Source: Terriglobia bacterium
GTDB taxonomy: Bacteria; Acidobacteriota; Terriglobia; 20CM-2-55-15
DNA: 64,000 bases
Reading direction: 5' to 3'
Assembly (NCBI GenBank): GCA_963664115.2
Contig: CAXWPJ010000009.1
Location: 1,152,001-1,216,000 of the forward strand
Under the pieces are notes generated by a model, which saw nothing but the letters and a program-made list of their open reading frames with translations, did not search any database and was not told the origin of the DNA. This document shows positions 30,929 through 41,787 of the stretch, piece after piece. The translations under genes and the position numbers were made by a program. Numbering within the stretch: position 1 is the stretch's first letter; each line of letters begins with the position of its first letter.

Positions 30929-31453
30929 CCTATGTCCTTACGCGAGTACAACGGGATCAAGCCAAAGCTGGGAGAGCGTGTATTCATTGCGGAGGGGGCC
31001 CATATCATCGGTGACGTCGAGATCGGCGACGAATCCAGCATCTGGTTCAATACGATTCTCCGGGGCGATCTCCATCACATCCGGATCGGTCACCATACGA
31101 ACATTCAGGATGCCTCCATCTGTCACGTCCAGCGGAATCTATATCCGTGTGTCGTGGGCAACTACGTAACTGTGGGGCACGGCGTAATCCTGCATGGTTG
31201 TCGCGTTGAGTCGCATTGTCTGATCGGGATGCGGTCGACGATTCTCAACGACGTGCATATTGGCGCGGACTCGATTGTGGCTGCTGGTGCTCTAATTACC
31301 GAGGGCACGGTGATCCCTCCCCGCAGCATGGTCATGGGCATGCCGGCAAAGGTTAAGAGAGAAGTGACGGAAGATGAGATTGCGATGATTCACGGCTCCG
31401 CGCAGCACTATTGCGACTTCAAGAATACGTATTTGGAACAAGTTAAGGGTTAA
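30926..31453 (+). CDS. Gamma carbonic anhydrase family protein (YrdA-like)
   Basis: Hexapeptide repeats, IIGDV, LRGD, NIQD, TVGHGVILHGC. Confidence 0.92.
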   Translation: MPMSLREYNGIKPKLGERVFIAEGAHIIGDVEIGDESSIWFNTILRGDLHHIRIGHHTNIQDASICHVQRNLYPCVVGNYVTVGHGVILHGCRVESHCLIGMRSTILNDVHIGADSIVAAGALITEGTVIPPRSMVMGMPAKVKREVTEDEIAMIHGSAQHYCDFKNTYLEQVKG

Positions 31454-31528
31454 GGTTTACACGGCCAAACGACTCTCAACTCATAACTCTTAATCGTTTA
31501 GAGGCACCAGGCCATCGTTTTATAGCCC

Positions 31529-32821
31529 ATGATTCGAGCCGCCCGCGGTACATACGACATCCTTCCTCGAGATTCCGGCCTGTGGCATGCTATCGAGAGC
31601 CACATGCGGGAAGTATTCGCTTCGTACGCTTTCAGCGAGATTCGTACGCCCATATTTGAGGCGACGGAACTCTTTGTGAGGAGCGTCGGCACCGACACCG
31701 ACATCGTGTCCAAGGAGATGTACACCTTTATCGACAAAGATGAAACCACGTCCCTGACTTTGAGGCCGGAAGGGACGGCGCCGGTCGTACGCTCTTTTAT
31801 CGAAAATCACCTGGCTGATGAGTCCCGCATGGCAAAGCTTTTCTACATGGGGCCGATGTTTCGGCGGGAGCGCCCGCAAAAAGGCCGGTTCCGTCAGTTT
31901 TGTCAGGCGGGTGCCGAAGTCTTTTCGCTTACAGATAATCCGGCGATCGAAGCTGAAGTCGTCGAAATGTTGATGGTGCTCTTCGGAAGACTCGGTGTTT
32001 CAAATCTCGATCTGCTCGTAAATTCAATCGGCTGCCAGGATTGTCGGCCCGCATTTGTTGAACGTCTCAAGGGGGAGATCGAAGCGAAAGCTTCCAGCCT
32101 CTGTGGGGACTGCCGCCGCCGCGGCCAAGCCAATCCACTGCGGGTGTTCGACTGCAAGGTTCCCTCATGTCAGGACTTGATTGCGGCATTGCCTGCCATT
32201 ACCGATAGTTTGTGCAACACCTGCCGCGACCACTTCGCAAAATTCTGCGGCTATCTGGATGATCGCAAGATTGCTTACCGTATCGAAAAGCGCATGGTTC
32301 GCGGCTTGGACTATTACATGAGGACCACGATCGAAATAGTTTCTGGCGACCTCGGAGCGCAAGATACGCTCGTCGGCGGAGGGCGATATGACGGCCTGTT
32401 CGAAGACCTCGACGGTCCGCCGATGAAAGGGTTTGGTTTCGCGATGGGTCTGGAACGGTTGATCCTTGCTATTCCCGAACCCGAAAAACTGTTTGCGGGA
32501 CCTGGTCCGGACTATTTTCTGGCTACGATCGGCGATGAAGCTTTCACCTACGCTACGCTCCTGGCGCAAAAGTTGCGTTCCAGAAATCGTGTCGTCTACC
32601 TCGACTTTGATGCCCGGAGCCTGAAGAGCCAGATGCGTCTGGCCGGTAAACTCGCTGCGAAGAAGGTCATCATTATGGGTGAGGACGAGACCCGGTCGGG
32701 GAAACTGACGGTTAGGGATATGAACAGTCGGGAACAGAAGGAAATGACAGCGGAGGAATTCTTCCGGGCTGTGGATGCGGTTGATCGCGGCGCCGATCCT
32801 GACTTGGCTGAGAAGTTGTGA
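31529..32821 (+). CDS. hisS: Histidine--tRNA ligase
   Basis: [42 protein letters not shown]. Confidence 0.97.
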   Translation: MIRAARGTYDILPRDSGLWHAIESHMREVFASYAFSEIRTPIFEATELFVRSVGTDTDIVSKEMYTFIDKDETTSLTLRPEGTAPVVRSFIENHLADESRMAKLFYMGPMFRRERPQKGRFRQFCQAGAEVFSLTDNPAIEAEVVEMLMVLFGRLGVSNLDLLVNSIGCQDCRPAFVERLKGEIEAKASSLCGDCRRRGQANPLRVFDCKVPSCQDLIAALPAITDSLCNTCRDHFAKFCGYLDDRKIAYRIEKRMVRGLDYYMRTTIEIVSGDLGAQDTLVGGGRYDGLFEDLDGPPMKGFGFAMGLERLILAIPEPEKLFAGPGPDYFLATIGDEAFTYATLLAQKLRSRNRVVYLDFDARSLKSQMRLAGKLAAKKVIIMGEDETRSGKLTVRDMNSREQKEMTAEEFFRAVDAVDRGADPDLAEKL

Positions 32822-34584
32822 GTACCGAATCCATGCGAACGCATAGTTGTGGTGAGTTGACAGTTGCCGACGAGGGCAACGAAGTTTCACTGTCCGGCTG
32901 GGTCGACCGCCGCCGCGATCACGGGCAGCTCGTTTTCATCGATTTGAGGGACCGTGCGGGTATTACGCAGATTGTTTTCAACCCGGAGCGCGACTCCCAA
33001 TCGCATGGTATTGCCAAGGACCTCCGCTCAGAGTTCGTGATCGGCGTGCGCGGCCGGGTGCGCCGGCGAGACGACGACATGATCAATCCGAATTTAAAAA
33101 CCGGTGAGATTGAAGTCGCGGCTGAGGAGGTGGTCGTTTTCAATGAGGCCAGAACGGTACCTTTTCCGATCGAAGACGACATAACGACCTCGGAAGACTT
33201 GCGGTTGAAATACCGTTACCTGGATTTACGGCGCAACCAAATGAAGCAGAATTTTCACCTGCGCCATCGCGTCATGATGGTTATACGGAACTACATGAGT
33301 CGTGCTGGTTTCTGGGAAGTCGAGACCCCGTACCTGACCAAGTCGACACCCGAGGGCGCCCGCGATTATCTGGTGCCCAGTCGGCTTTCTCACGGACAGT
33401 TTTATGCGCTGCCGCAATCTCCACAGTTGTTCAAGCAACTCCTGATGATTTCGGGATTCGAAAAGTACTTTCAGGTAGTGCGTTGTTTTCGAGATGAAGA
33501 TCTCCGTGCCGACCGTCAGCCCGAATTCACCCAATTAGACGTCGAGATGTCGTTTCCTGAGCAGGACAGTTTCTTCTCTCAGATGGAAGGCCTTATGGCT
33601 GAAGTTTTCCGGGGTGAAGGTATTGAGGTTTCGGTTCCGTTCCCCAGGATGGGTTTCGAAGAAGCGATGGATCGCTATGGGAGCGACAAACCGGATACGC
33701 GCTTCGGAGTCGAACTGCAGGATCTCAGTGCCATTTTTGCTGATGGCGATGAGTCCCTGTTTCGAGGAATCGTCGAAAAAGGACAGACGGTTCGCGGATT
33801 CCTCGCGCCTGTGGCATATTCGCGGAAGATCCTGGATGAACTCGACGCTTTTATCAAACAGCTGGGTGGAGCTGGTATTGCGTGGGTCGAGGTGACCGAG
33901 GGCGACCCGCGGACCCTGCCTGTAGTGAAGAAAGCGGGCGCCGAGTCTATAGCAAAACTGATCAGCCAGACAGGTGCAAACCCGGGGCAGACCATCTTTA
34001 TGCTGGCTGGGGAACGGATTGCCACACTGGAGAAACTGGGAAGTCTCCGGCTCGAGCTCGCCAGGCGGGAAAACTGGATCCCAAAAGGTGTTTGGCATTT
34101 TCTCTGGGTGGTCGACTTTCCACTGTTCGAATACGACGCGACCGAGAAACGCTGGGCGTCGCGCCACCATCCATTCACCGCGCCTGTAGAAGAAGACCTG
34201 CCGTTACTCGAAAGCGAACCCGGCCGTGTCCGAGCCCGTGCCTATGACCTTGTCCTCAACGGCCTCGAATGTGCCGGCGGCTCAGTCAGGATCCACAGGA
34301 GCGAGGTGCAGTCGCGAATCTTTCATACGTTGGGTCTTAAGGATGATGAGGTCCGGGAGAAGTTTGGATTTTTTCTTGAAGCTCTGGAGTACGGTGCTCC
34401 TCCGCACGGCGGCATCGCCTTCGGTCTCGACCGTATCATCATGTTGCTCGCCGGAGGCACCTCGCTGCGGGACGTCATCGCGTTCCCGAAAACCGCTCGC
34501 GCCATCGACATGATGTCGGGCAGCCCATCGTCGGTTGATGAGGCTCAATTGAAAGAATTGGGGCTCCGTATTCGAAAGAGCTAG
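32818..34584 (+). CDS. aspS: Aspartate--tRNA ligase
   Basis: [55 protein letters not shown]. Confidence 0.97.
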   Translation: MSTESMRTHSCGELTVADEGNEVSLSGWVDRRRDHGQLVFIDLRDRAGITQIVFNPERDSQSHGIAKDLRSEFVIGVRGRVRRRDDDMINPNLKTGEIEVAAEEVVVFNEARTVPFPIEDDITTSEDLRLKYRYLDLRRNQMKQNFHLRHRVMMVIRNYMSRAGFWEVETPYLTKSTPEGARDYLVPSRLSHGQFYALPQSPQLFKQLLMISGFEKYFQVVRCFRDEDLRADRQPEFTQLDVEMSFPEQDSFFSQMEGLMAEVFRGEGIEVSVPFPRMGFEEAMDRYGSDKPDTRFGVELQDLSAIFADGDESLFRGIVEKGQTVRGFLAPVAYSRKILDELDAFIKQLGGAGIAWVEVTEGDPRTLPVVKKAGAESIAKLISQTGANPGQTIFMLAGERIATLEKLGSLRLELARRENWIPKGVWHFLWVVDFPLFEYDATEKRWASRHHPFTAPVEEDLPLLESEPGRVRARAYDLVLNGLECAGGSVRIHRSEVQSRIFHTLGLKDDEVREKFGFFLEALEYGAPPHGGIAFGLDRIIMLLAGGTSLRDVIAFPKTARAIDMMSGSPSSVDEAQLKELGLRIRKS

Positions 34585-34604
34585 ACAGAACGAAAGGTAG
34601 GGGT

Positions 34605-34691
34605 TTCAACACGAAGACACGAAGGGCACGAAGTCAGTATTTATTTCCGGAATACAGATTCCTTCGTGCTACTTCGTTATCTTCGTGTTAA
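34605..34691. repeat. Intergenic palindromic element (CACGAAG-unit arms)
   Basis: AACACGAAGACACGAAGGGCACGAAG ... CTTCGTGCTACTTCGTTATCTTCGTGTT; same family as 14208-14295. Confidence 0.85.
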
Positions 34692-34717
34692 AAATTTTCT
34701 TCCGAGAGCGCTGACTC

Positions 34718-36529
34718 ATGTCAAAAATAGCGGTCCTGTCCGATTCCGTCGCCAATCAGATCGCTGCCGGTGAAGTCGTCGAGAGACCTTCGTCGATCGT
34801 CAAAGAATTGATCGAGAATGCGATCGACGCGGGTGCAAAGAAGATTGCCGTCGAAGTGCGCGGAGGCGGGCGGGCCTGGATTCAGGTTATCGATGACGGG
34901 GAGGGAATGAGCCGGGAAGATGCCGAGCTTTCCTTCCAGCGGCACGCGACCAGTAAGCTCCACGAAACAGAGGATCTGCTCTCGATCCGGACTCTCGGTT
35001 TTCGGGGCGAGGCGCTACCCTCGATTGGCTCCGTGGCCCGGGTCCGACTGGAGACGCAGACACGGGATCAATCGGTAGGCACAGCTCTTGAGATCGCTGC
35101 CGGCGAGGTGGTTTCCCTTCGAGACGGGGCCTTCCCACCGGGAACGCAGGTGAGTGTCGAGGATGTGTTCTACAACGTTCCCGCGAGACGCAAGTTTCTC
35201 AAATCGGAATCCTACGAACTCAGTCAAATAACCGCGCACTGCACGCGCTACGCGCTGGCGTTTCCAAAGATTCACTTTGTTCTCAAGAGCGGGAATTTTG
35301 AAGTGTTGTCGGCGCCGCCCGCCCCGAACTTCCGGGAACGGATCTTTCAGGTATTCGGGGGTGATCTGCTCGACGAACTGGTCGAGTTCGAGAAGGACTT
35401 CTCAGGCTCAGGCCTGAAAGTGCACGTATTCACTTCTCGACCGCAGGTGCAGAAATTCAACAGGAATTCGATGTTTTTCTTTGTGAACGGGCGTGCGGTC
35501 CGGGAGCCGGCAATTTTACATGCCTACAATGAGGCATATCGGAACATCCTGCCGTCGCGCACATTCCCTGTGACTATTCTCTATGTTGTCACTCGGCATC
35601 GGGATATAGACGTCAACGTCCATCCGGCCAAAACCGAAGTGCGGTTCAGGCAACGCTCGGTGGTCCATGACGCGATTCGTGACACCGTCCTCGAAGCGCT
35701 CCGTTCGGACAAGACTATTGTGCCTATGGTCTCGGACGCTCCTTTGTCATCCGGCTATTCAGCCCCCCGTCTGCGCAGCCGCGTTCCGGAATCGTGGGGC
35801 AGCGGGCCCATTGCCAGAGAACCTCTTTCGGACTCTCCCGCGGTGCTCGATTATTCTGACCGGCGCACACTGGATCTCAGCTTCGAGACGGCCCAGGCCA
35901 CTGTGGGTGGTGGAGCTTCCTCAGAAAGCCTTGTGCCGGACTTCGACTTTGTTCGAAAGGAGATTCAAGCACTCGGGCAGTTGAAGGACAGCTTCATCAT
36001 CGCCTGTGACAGCAGTGGTTTGATCGTGATCGACCAGCATGTCGCCCACGAACGGGTTCTGTTCGAAAACTATGTCCGGGAGAGGGGCGCGGACCGTGTC
36101 GAGGTCCAGCGTCTGTTGACACCCATTCTGCTGGAGCTGTCACCCGAACAGGAAGTTCGCCTCGAAAGCGTTCGTCCCGAGCTCGCGCGTAACGGGTTTG
36201 AAATCGCGCCCTTTGGGCCTCGCACTCTGGCTGTCACGACGGCTCCTGCCATTCTCAAGGCGGGAGCGGTTGAGAAACTGCTTCGCGAACTCATCGACGG
36301 GCTCGAGCCCGACAGTCAGAGCCTCGATATCGAGGACTTCCAGAAAAAAATTGCGGCTACCGTGGCCTGTCATGCCGCAATCAAGATCAACAATCCGCTG
36401 GATAGTGTTAAGATGCGGTGGCTCGTTGGCGAACTCATGAAGACCGACTGTCCAACGGTATGCCCACACGGACGTCCGATCATCGTGAGGTACGACCTCA
36501 GAGAGATTCAGAAGGCGTTTAAAAGGTGA
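34718..36529 (+). CDS. mutL: DNA mismatch repair endonuclease MutL
   Basis: IAAGEVVERP, HATSK, GFRGEAL, DVNVHPAK, DQHVAHE, ACH, CPHGRP. Confidence 0.97.
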   Translation: MSKIAVLSDSVANQIAAGEVVERPSSIVKELIENAIDAGAKKIAVEVRGGGRAWIQVIDDGEGMSREDAELSFQRHATSKLHETEDLLSIRTLGFRGEALPSIGSVARVRLETQTRDQSVGTALEIAAGEVVSLRDGAFPPGTQVSVEDVFYNVPARRKFLKSESYELSQITAHCTRYALAFPKIHFVLKSGNFEVLSAPPAPNFRERIFQVFGGDLLDELVEFEKDFSGSGLKVHVFTSRPQVQKFNRNSMFFFVNGRAVREPAILHAYNEAYRNILPSRTFPVTILYVVTRHRDIDVNVHPAKTEVRFRQRSVVHDAIRDTVLEALRSDKTIVPMVSDAPLSSGYSAPRLRSRVPESWGSGPIAREPLSDSPAVLDYSDRRTLDLSFETAQATVGGGASSESLVPDFDFVRKEIQALGQLKDSFIIACDSSGLIVIDQHVAHERVLFENYVRERGADRVEVQRLLTPILLELSPEQEVRLESVRPELARNGFEIAPFGPRTLAVTTAPAILKAGAVEKLLRELIDGLEPDSQSLDIEDFQKKIAATVACHAAIKINNPLDSVKMRWLVGELMKTDCPTVCPHGRPIIVRYDLREIQKAFKR

Positions 36530-36650
36530 AAAAGCCTCCGGGCGGGTTGACCCTGCGCTTTCAGGAGTTGACTTGGCTCCTTGCTCCAGCGAGAATCCAA
36601 TAGTCATTTATGGCTCGTTAGTGTAGACACTTTCATTAGGAGGACCTGGT

Positions 36651-36965
36651 ATGGCCGGTAAGATGACGCAGACGCAAATAATCGCCGCGCTGGCGGAGAA
36701 GACGAATGTATCGAAGAAGGAAGCTAAGGAGTTTCTTGTCTCCGTGGCAGACTTGGCTCATAAGGAAACCAAGAAGAACGGCGAGTTCACGTTGCCCGGC
36801 CTCGGGAAACTGGTGAAGCAGAAAAGAAAAGCCCGCACCGGACGTAATCCCGCGACTGGCGAGGCAATCAAAATTCCTGCTAAGACCGTGCTGAAATTCC
36901 GGATCGCCAAAGCAGCGAAAGATGCCGTTCTGGGTGCGGCTGCTGCGAAGAAGAAAAAGCGGTAA
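36651..36965 (+). CDS. hup: HU family DNA-binding protein
   Basis: LPGLGKL, RKARTGRNPATGEAIKIPAK; AGGAGG RBS. Confidence 0.93.
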   Translation: MAGKMTQTQIIAALAEKTNVSKKEAKEFLVSVADLAHKETKKNGEFTLPGLGKLVKQKRKARTGRNPATGEAIKIPAKTVLKFRIAKAAKDAVLGAAAAKKKKR

Positions 36966-36986
36966 ATCTCTAGAAATCCTATCGCG

Positions 36987-37022
36987 ACTGGGGCCCATGC
37001 TGTCACGGGCCCCAGTTTCTTT
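36987..37022 (+). terminator. Intrinsic terminator after HU
   Basis: Stem ACTGGGGCCC / GGGCCCCAGT followed by a T-rich tract, between convergent genes. Confidence 0.75.
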
Positions 37023-37056
37023 AGATTCCTCCCGCTTGTGCGGTGCCTGTACCGTA

Positions 37057-37524
37057 TTAAGAAGCGGCTTGGCGTCCTCCCTCCGGGCGCGAAGGAATGA
37101 GTGTCCCCATCGTCCAGCCGATTACGGCCGCAACGATTCCAAAAACGCAATTGGCCACCAGGCCTCCAGCCCGAATCCCCATAGCTGTCATGAAACCGAC
37201 CGGCGCGTCCTGGTTCAGTGCAGTGGGGAAGTTGAAGTGCGTCCCGCCCATAGGGTAGGACACGATGGTCCCAACGATGATCAAGATCTGGGACACCAGA
37301 ACGATCATGAGGCCGACTTGAATCGCACCCCCGATACCATGTCCCTTGTATCTCCGGCCAACTGCCGGCCAGATCAGCGCCAGGTGGATTTGGAGCGTCA
37401 CCATCGAGAACACTTGAACGCCGGTTTGATAAGAGGCTCCAGTTATGCTGAGAATCAGTTTTCCCAGGAAGAAAATCAGGAGCAGAAGTGCCGGCAGGGT
37501 GATGAACTGAGCTTTTTCTTTCAT
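37057..37524 (-). CDS. Hypothetical integral membrane protein (about 4 TM)
   Basis: AGGAG RBS, four hydrophobic helices. Confidence 0.75.
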   Translation of the reverse strand: MKEKAQFITLPALLLLIFFLGKLILSITGASYQTGVQVFSMVTLQIHLALIWPAVGRRYKGHGIGGAIQVGLMIVLVSQILIIVGTIVSYPMGGTHFNFPTALNQDAPVGFMTAMGIRAGGLVANCVFGIVAAVIGWTMGTLIPSRPEGGRQAAS

Positions 37525-37834
37525 GGATCTCCTCGTCGGATAGAGCTTGGGCCATAGGGGACGGGCGCGTCATATTGGACATCAAAGTGAGTAGCCGCCG
37601 GAACGAAATAAGACCAAATGTGCGTCCGTCGTATAGCGCGGATTGTATAGGGTGGATTGTACGTCAGCGGGTGGGAAGAGCGGAAGCTGAGGTAGTGCGG
37701 CCCAGTGCACAGGGCTGCCATCAGGAGTTCGGTGTGTAACTCCTATGGGACCAACATCTCTGGCCCGAGGACCGGCGTCTAGTTCGCGGGCTGGGCTCGA
37801 GTCGAATTCCAGCTGTTGAAGTCAGATCCCAAAA

Positions 37835-38405
37835 CAAAGAACTTACGGCCAACGCGCATGGTTCGAATCTTCTCTTCTTCGATGATTCGGCGGAAATGCC
37901 GGCTTGAGAATCCAGCCATCGACGCGGCGGTCGAGAGGTCGAGGACGTCACAGCTTCGCCCGTCTTGGCACGGACCTTCGGGATTTGGACTGTTACCGGA
38001 CCCAATCCCGTCTGCAGTTCGCGTTCCGGCAGATAACCGTTGCGTACCACCCCGGCGTTTCCTGTCTCAGTTCGCCGGCCACCGTGCTGGGATAGCAGCT
38101 CTGCCAATTCGGTCTTCCACTGCGCGTTGGATCAGTTGCTGTGCCCCAACTCGTAGTAGTTCTGTTAATCCTCAATCGTTTCTCGACCTTCCGGTCATTC
38201 ACGTTACTCTTGCTCACAGTGGCGTATCTCCTATGGTTGCTTTGAAGTTTTGTCACAACAAATTCCGCTCTTATTCAATCCCTCAAACACCAGATTCGGT
38301 TATAACTCAAAGAACTTACGGCCAACGCGCATGGTTCGAATCTTCTCTTCTTCGATGATTCGGCGGAAATGCCGGCTTGAGAATCCAGCCATTGACGCGG
38401 CGGTC
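37835..38405. repeat. 98-bp direct repeat (37835-37932 and 38308-38405)
   Basis: CAAAGAACTTACGG...GACGCGGCGGTC present twice; one mismatch seen. Confidence 0.92.
37933..38308 (-). mobile_element. IS256-family remnant (left end plus frameshifted 5' part of the transposase)
   Basis: VVRNGYLPERELQTGLGPVTVQIPKVR motif; GTG start at 38217 with AGGAG; end-like sequence GAGTTATAACCGAATCTGGTG. Confidence 0.78.
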
Positions 38406-39130
38406 TCGAGGAACATCTTATCTTGAGAACTCTGAGTTCCGTTTTGTGTTTTAGACATAATGTTTGGTCTCCCTGCCATCATCTAGAGCAAATTCGTTTC
38501 CAAAACTCGGGCTTCAGCTTCGGGCACCCTCATGCGATGGTCGAAAAGAAGACTTAGAACCGGACGAAGGCGCAAAGGCGATCTCTTTCCTCACAAGAAT
38601 TTCTCTCCCCGATATCTCTCCGAATCATCGCTCAGTCGGTCTTTCCGGTTGGAAATCGCGATCGCTGCGTCCATTGACGCGCGACGTGTCAGTTCAGACA
38701 CTGTGAAGAGATGCGCAAGCCGTTCCGGGCAGCCAGACCTTGAAAACGAAGGCATTGCCTGCCACAGTCCCTGCGATCCGGTGCCCGAGGTCGGGTCGTT
38801 CTAGAGTCAAGGCATTGACGATCGGGCCCTCGGAGGGTGTCAAGGTACTGACTCCACGACGGTATGGCCGACGATCACTGGCCCACTTCGTGGAGCCTCA
38901 CGCCTTCGAAAACTGCAAGCCTGCCTGATCAAGCCCTGGCCATCTGGCAACAGTCCGCAGTTAGGAAGCCAGGTTAACAACCCCTCCTCGGCTGCGGTTT
39001 TAGGCTGACTGCGACCAAGTTCCTGACAAACGGGTCAAATCTTTGGGCCGGAAACATCGATGGAGGGCGCAAATCGTTGACCCAGTTGGGTAAAACTTTG
39101 GAAGAAGGTGTGCTTTTCAATTGAGTAGCA

Positions 39131-40570
39131 ATGATGGGACCGGAGCGCCTTCAAAAGTACTACTCTCGTCTGCGTCTTGAAGACGCGGATGTCGTGTTGC
39201 ATTATGGTTGGGGGACAGGTGATTGCGCCGAGATACTTCGCGAACGCGCAAAACCCACCGCATCGATCATTGTGTTTGAACCCGACGAGGGGCTTTTCAG
39301 GCGGTCGCGTTCGGTGCGTGATCGGCGCTTCAAGTTCGTTGTGGGATCAAGCGTGCCTCGTTTCTTTTCAGATTGGGGCCTCGGAGCTTGCGGTGACACA
39401 GATAATTTTCTCTGGATAGACGCGCCAGGCCAGGGAGGAAACAGCGATGCCGCGGCGTCATTGAAACTTCAGTTCAAGACCTACCTGAGAGACCGCGCCG
39501 CAAACCTGCTCACACACTTTCGAAATGGCCCGCTGTATTTCGAGCACGCAATGCGGAACATTGTGTATCAGAGCGACTCCGACGTGGGCCGCTTGTTCGG
39601 GAGTTTCCGCAACACTCCGCTCGTCCTAGTGTCGGCAGGTCCGTCGTTGGATTCCAATGTCCACCAACTACGTGGCATGGGAGATCGATGTTTCATTCTT
39701 TCGGTCGATACTGCACTGCGTCCCTTGTTGTCGGCAGGCGTTACGCCTCATGCCGTCATCATTGCCGACCCGAGCCAGGAAAACGCGCGACATGTCGCGG
39801 GCGCCATACCCCCGGCGACTTGTCTGATCGCAGAACAAGCCGTTCATCCGTCGGTGCTCGAGGGCGTGACGAAGCGATTTCTGTTTGGACTCGGCATGTT
39901 TCCAGATTCCCTGTTTGAAAAATTCGGATTCGGCAAATCGCGGCTTGAAGCGTGGGGGTCCGTCGCTACAACGGCGCTGGACCTGGCTTGCCGTATGGAA
40001 GCAAGCCCTGTCATTTTTGTGGGTCAGGACTTCGCTTACTCCTGGAATCGCGAATATGCCAGCCACACGATTTATCACGGCGCTTATTTTGATGTCCTCG
40101 AGAAGGGCAAAGCCCGCACTCGAGACATCTACGGTGAGCTTGCGTACACGACTGAAAACCTCATCGCCTATCGAGATTATTTTGTCCGTCGCATGAGAGA
40201 ATCCTCCAAAATTCGTTTCATTAACGCAACCGAAGGTGGAATTCTTACAGAAGGCGCGGAAATCCTTCCTCTCCGAGACGCTCTGGGGGCACATCTCGCC
40301 AGTAGCGGTCATGCCAGAGATACCCTCGACAGCCGTCATCGTCCATCCGAGCTGTCTAACGAAGCGCTCCCTCATCTGATGAACGTTCTGAAGTCAGGTC
40401 GGGACGATTGTGACTGTCTCGGCGCATTTCTAGAACTCACCGCAAAGGAACATCTGTTGAGAAACAACGACGTCGAGATCGAAAAAAAGATCGAATGGGG
40501 AGCCCAATTCCTGGACTCAATAATCCTGGCGAGTGGGTTCTCTGCGGAGGGGATGAAGAGTCATCCTTGA
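39131..40570 (+). CDS. Motility-associated factor (Maf/DUF115, MAF_flag10) glycosyltransferase
   Basis: LVSAGPSLD, VDTALRPL, GSVATTALDLA, IFVGQDFAY, INATEGG. Confidence 0.85.
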   Translation: MMGPERLQKYYSRLRLEDADVVLHYGWGTGDCAEILRERAKPTASIIVFEPDEGLFRRSRSVRDRRFKFVVGSSVPRFFSDWGLGACGDTDNFLWIDAPGQGGNSDAAASLKLQFKTYLRDRAANLLTHFRNGPLYFEHAMRNIVYQSDSDVGRLFGSFRNTPLVLVSAGPSLDSNVHQLRGMGDRCFILSVDTALRPLLSAGVTPHAVIIADPSQENARHVAGAIPPATCLIAEQAVHPSVLEGVTKRFLFGLGMFPDSLFEKFGFGKSRLEAWGSVATTALDLACRMEASPVIFVGQDFAYSWNREYASHTIYHGAYFDVLEKGKARTRDIYGELAYTTENLIAYRDYFVRRMRESSKIRFINATEGGILTEGAEILPLRDALGAHLASSGHARDTLDSRHRPSELSNEALPHLMNVLKSGRDDCDCLGAFLELTAKEHLLRNNDVEIEKKIEWGAQFLDSIILASGFSAEGMKSHP

Positions 40571-41683
40571 AGGGCTCACCGCTTCTCGATTGGCGAGGGC
40601 GTCGGCGTAATTCGGAAAACGCTCCAGACTTTTGGTAAATAACTCCTCGGCCGCGGCTCGGTCCCCGCGCTTTGCTTTCGCAACTCCAAGATTGTTTGCG
40701 CCCTCGGCCGTTTCATGAATTGATTCGGCGCGTTCAAAGCAGGCCTCAGCCTCGGACCACATCTCCAACATTGACATCGCGGATCCTCGGAAAAACGCCA
40801 CGCGCCAGCCCTCTGGCATCGGACATGGACCGGACGGCTCAAGCACCTCACTGCCGTCAACGACCATCGACTCGGCGAGCGACACAAACTCCAGAACTCT
40901 TTCGAACTCGCGGCGAAACAGGGCCATCGAGGCAAGCCCCCACGCGGTAACGCGTGCATCATGACCGGACTTCTGAAACAGCGTTCTCACCGAGTCGTAT
41001 TCGTGTTTCAGCAGGCATGCGCGATACATGTCGAGCTGGTTTTTCCGCTGGCGTGACAGGCTGGATGGATAGGCGTATACACGGTAGCCCGGCTCGTTGA
41101 TCAAGCAGAACTTGGCTCCGGCGGCCACTGCACGGAGCACAAAATCCATGTCCTCCCCACCATGCAGGTTTGGATCGAAACTGATCCGCCTCGCGAACTC
41201 CGTCCGAAAAACATGACAACCGACGCCCTGCAGGTAATTCCGCTCGAAGAGCCGGGCAAGGGGCTGACGCCCTTTCAGAAATTCTGGAATCGTCAGCCGT
41301 GTCAGAAACTCGGAAGCGGCGCCGTCGAAGAGTTCGATCGTGTCGCTTGCCACATCCGCATCGTCACGGCACAGGGCGGCGACAAGCCTCTCCGCGCGTC
41401 CCGGAAGCAGTTCGTCGTCCGCATCCAACCAGACGCCGAAAGGCGTCGAGATCGCGTCGAGGCCCGTCTGCCGGGTGTGCCCGAGACTCGTGTGCTTGGA
41501 CGGGCGAACAATTTTCAGGCGATCCCCTCCGACTGAACTCGCGCGTTCAACCGTATCGTCCTCTGAAAAGTCATCGACGAGGATTACCTGGCAATCGTCC
41601 TGGAGCATCGCCGAACGAACAGCTCGCTCAATCGTTGCGGAAGCGTTTCTCGCTGGAACCAGGATTGTGGCAGACGTGCGCAT
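40517..41683 (-). CDS. Glycosyltransferase family 2 with C-terminal TPR-like repeats
   Basis: VPARN, VDDFSED, WLDADD, GEDMDF; ANNLGVA...AEELF...P.YADA. Confidence 0.88.
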   Translation of the reverse strand: MRTSATILVPARNASATIERAVRSAMLQDDCQVILVDDFSEDDTVERASSVGGDRLKIVRPSKHTSLGHTRQTGLDAISTPFGVWLDADDELLPGRAERLVAALCRDDADVASDTIELFDGAASEFLTRLTIPEFLKGRQPLARLFERNYLQGVGCHVFRTEFARRISFDPNLHGGEDMDFVLRAVAAGAKFCLINEPGYRVYAYPSSLSRQRKNQLDMYRACLLKHEYDSVRTLFQKSGHDARVTAWGLASMALFRREFERVLEFVSLAESMVVDGSEVLEPSGPCPMPEGWRVAFFRGSAMSMLEMWSEAEACFERAESIHETAEGANNLGVAKAKRGDRAAAEELFTKSLERFPNYADALANREAVSPSRMTLHPLRREPTRQDY

Positions 41684-41787
41684 CGCTTCGAGTACAGCAA
41701 AGTCAGATTATTGACGATTCAAGCATTGTTCAATCAAGACAATGACATAGTTCGGTTCGAACTGCGGTCAAACACGAGAGTTATCTT

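Larger units (their letters stand above)
37779..38460 (-). pseudogene. Small HTH (excisionase-like) gene split by an IS256 remnant
   Basis: N-part MSKTQ...LETAASMAGFSSRHFRRIIEEEKIRTMRVGRKFF (38460-38309); native C-terminus VLGSDFNSWNSTRAQPAN* follows the duplicate copy (stop at 37779). Confidence 0.6.

Noticed and set aside
36758-37585. 275-aa and 211-aa ORFs overlapping HU and the membrane protein
   Set aside because: Alternative-frame shadows crossing a terminator; low-complexity translation
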